NCBI GenBank assembly: GCA_040357565.1
Contig: JBDODJ010000054.1
Length of the DNA: 64,000 bases
Direction: 5' to 3' (one strand)
Origin: Cercozoa sp. M6MM
Taxonomy: Eukaryota > Protista > Endomyxa: Ascetosporea
Part shown: positions 61,056 to 64,000 of the stretch, in pieces
Layout of the letters: each line of letters starts with the position of its first letter
Numbering within the stretch: position 1 is the first letter of the stretch
Notes under the pieces: generated by a model
Databases searched by the model: none
Told to the model about the DNA's origin: nothing
The model's input: the letters and a program-made list of their open reading frames with translations, nothing else
Position numbers and translations under genes: made by a program

Positions 61056-64000
61056 ATGACCCGCGAGAGGTCGCGGCAGCTTGATCTTGAAATCTCGATC
61101 GATTATGGCTCGGAATCGTCTGAACAGTATTATTTTTCACTAATGAAGGTTTTGTGGGATGCTACACCCACTGTCTGTGCCTTCAGAAGCACTAATCACG
61201 ACAGCGAACTGTTGAAAGCAATTGTGCTGTATGCATTTCAGCGACGGCACAGACACGAAAAGCGCCCTTCGCTGTCGGGATTGCTGCAAAGTTACCGCGA
61301 GGTACTTTAATTCACTAAGTGCATCAAAATAACCCCGCTCTGTGTCAGGTGTTGCGCAAGCGACAACTGTCGGCCAGTAAAGACGTATACGCCTATCGTG
61401 CGTTGCTGCTTTTGGCACGAGACGAAACGCTCAAGTCGTGGCAGTCGTTACTCCATGCAATCGATGTGTCTAGCACGCAAGGCAATGTGCCCAGCAACGT
61501 TCTTGGTTCCTCCAAGAACGCTTATTGTGATATACGCGCCCAATCTGAACGAAAGCTGGAAGCTTGTGCGTGTGAGTCCACTCGAGAGAGTCATTGGGAG
61601 TTTTCGACAGAGAGACAAAGCAAACGACGCTGTTGCAGGCACGATGGTGAGGAAAAGATACAATCGCACAAAGAAGAAAGTTTCGAGACCAAGCCGGCAT
61701 TCAAGCCTGACCGGACCAATCACAGAGAAAAACGAAGCAAGAAGAAGCGACAATCGTGTACACGCAAACTGCGACATATGCATCGTGTTCAACAGGTACT
61801 GTAGTCAGCTTTCTCCTAGCCTTGCAACAAAGAACAAATGTAGAGAGAAAAGAAGCGCCGGCGAATTGAACAAGAGAAGCGCGGTTTCGTGTTCTTCCTT
61901 CGTCGAAACTTTGCGCGCTTTCTATCTGCTGCTGCTGAGGTATCCGCGGCATACTTTTACTAGCACAAGTGTTTCTCGCTCACAGCTTTATCAATGACAG
62001 TTGTCTCTGTGGAGAAAAGCGGACCGCGAGCACGTTCACAAGCATGTCAGTCACCTTCAAACCCTCTGTCGTGTAAGTCTCTACCTCAATCAACATTCGG
62101 TTTAAAAACATGTTGCACGGCTGCATCTTTGTAGGAGAAGAAAGTAGGAAGAACAAAAGAGGATATATTGAGAAGCAGAGCGCAAAACTACCTCAAACAA
62201 CGCATACGGCAAGGTTCCGTTTTGTTCGTGCTGCGTGTGCGTCATGCCGCACTCTTAAAAAGGCAGAACCGCGAGCTCGCCTCTCAGGTGCTATCGCTCA
62301 TTCTAATCCAATAATGATGATGTTGACTTGTTTGTGGTACAGGCACAATTGCACCGCATGAAACTGCACGTAATCCATTGGAGGCAGTACACGAAGCGGT
62401 GCAACAAAATATGCATCAAGGTGCTCCCCAAAGGAGGCAGCACGAAGCGTTTCAGCACGTTCAGTAGCACTCACAGCATTGCTTGCAGCGCACGCAGCAG
62501 CGAATTGTCTGCACGAACGCCAGTTCTCCGGTGTTCAACTCACAGTACTGCGCAGTTCAGCAGTACCAGCTGCAAAGGCAGTGCAAACAATACAACCAAG
62601 CCTCTCCAATTGAAGGTGAAGCGACGCATGGACCGTGAGGTATGTTTGATGTGTTTCATTTTGGTTGGTTTTTTTCGGACATACCTTGCCGTGAAATACA
62701 GCATGCGAAGAAGATTTTCCATTTGTGGCGTCAGCAAAATGCTTTTTCACAGCAGCTGCTAGAGCGTGCTGTGGTGTGTCGCACCGTGTTGTGCATCTCG
62801 CTGTCTACGCGCAAGTGGCAGCTAGCTAGCCGTCGCACTCTGGTAATAGTTCACTTTACCCAAGTCTCGCAAGCTGTTCTATCACACTAACTAGTAGGAG
62901 AAGAAACACACCATTCGAGCCGGAGACCGTTTTCGGGCGGACACGGTGCAGTGGCATGCTTGGTTGCGCTGGCGCTCGCTATGGCGGATGCGCTACCAAG
63001 CTTTCTTGTTTCGGTACTTTACTTCAGTGCTGTGAGCGCTGTGGAGGTATCTCAGTTGAAAACAGAAAGGTGAAGGCGCTGCAATGGTGGAAATGCGCAC
63101 GCAAGGTTCATACCATCGAAACGTCTGCCGCACTGGTTCCACGAACGCCCATTCGTAGCTACTTGCGATTTTGGCACGTGTATGCGGTAAAATTCTTCCT
63201 TTGTGAATGTAAAAGTCCCCAATGTCACAAGGCAATGCGCAGACTAGAAAGATAAAGTGCGAAATGAAATTAACTCATGCGAGCAAAGTGATAGTGCGAC
63301 CCGGGGCACGTGGTGCACTAAGGGAATGGCACCACATGTGTCAAGTCACACGCGCATGTGCGTTGATCAAGCAAGCACGCACAAGAGACGTGTTGAAAAG
63401 GTACCCGCTGGCTCCACTACCAATCGTTTCAGTTGTTTGGCAGGCACATCTGCATTTGCAGGAAGTGGAACGCGTGGTTTTTTGCGTGCGTCAGCGCAGC
63501 CAAGATTCTTCACACGGCGACGACGCATCGTCGGCGTCTCTTCCTGTGCTTTCGCCTTCACAGAGACACCGTGCTGATGATACTCTTGTTCTATGCATCG
63601 ATTTTCGCAGAAAAGAAGCGGTGGAAAGTATCCGGGAATGGAGAGCACTCGTTTTTATTCGTCGCACGGTACACGATTGTCAGAATTGCATTGCCGTTGA
63701 AAATAAGCTAAATTGCGTAGGTGCCCAAGTGCGACAGAAGATGGCCCATCAAACAGCGCGAATGGTGCTGCAGCACATGCTGCTGGCAGCGAAACTGCGC
63801 AGACTCGTTTGCTGCTCCGTGCTGAGGCAGTGCTTCCATGTTCTGTATGTGCTCGATTCAAACGAAGTAGACAGTTCTTCATTAACCATGATGCAAAGCA
63901 AACACTATCTAAGGTACAAAATCTCTCTTAAGCAAACACATGACAGTTTTCAACAGATTCTGGCGCACGCAAGCTCGAACAGAGAACTCGCTGCGACAAG
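61056..64000 (+). CDS. Sfi1-like centrin-binding repeat protein (appears to continue beyond window)
   Basis: LLQSYRE|VLRKRQL..DVYAYRALLLL..W N-terminal motif. Recurrent basic Trp helices: VIHWRQY, KIFHLWRQ, HAWLRWRS, KALQWWK, YLRFWHVY, ALREWHH, KWNAWF, SIREWRA. Confidence 0.55.

Overview
This is eukaryotic (protist-type) genomic DNA, not prokaryotic. It is gene-dense and very intron-rich, with short GT-AG introns (about 40-150 nt, often inflated by (TG)n and C-rich repeats), the standard genetic code and five N-gaps. I spliced exons by hand and can support about 22 protein-coding genes. Recognisable ones are SRP54, a DDX20/Gemin3-like helicase, CLPTM1, TFIIA-gamma, BBS8, a SNF1/AMPK-related kinase, a SNAP-25-like SNARE, a LAMMER/CLK kinase, a histone H3 variant and APC2. 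Less familiar ones are a chromodomain + 2x LSD1-zinc-finger protein, a DUF1349/ConA-like protein, a C2 protein, a tandem PX-PX protein, a giant type-II membrane FN2/LRR/Cys-rich protein, an intron-containing DUF2332 gene and an Sfi1-like gene. Highlights: (1) SRP54 is split, with its body on the minus strand at 208-2883 and its last exons on the plus strand at 23778-24256, which implies the 1-23552 block is inverted; (2) the FN2-LRR giant receptor-like protein; (3) a CLK kinase with a C-terminal RS domain gated by an intron whose donor overlaps an in-frame stop; (4) the chromo-LSD1 architecture; (5) a ~250-nt intergenic rod-like hairpin with a G-U bias; (6) bacterial-type domains carrying spliceosomal introns. 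All family assignments come from motif recognition without database searches, and gene ends are manual and approximate. The organism cannot be named from the sequence alone; BBS8 suggests a flagellated stage.
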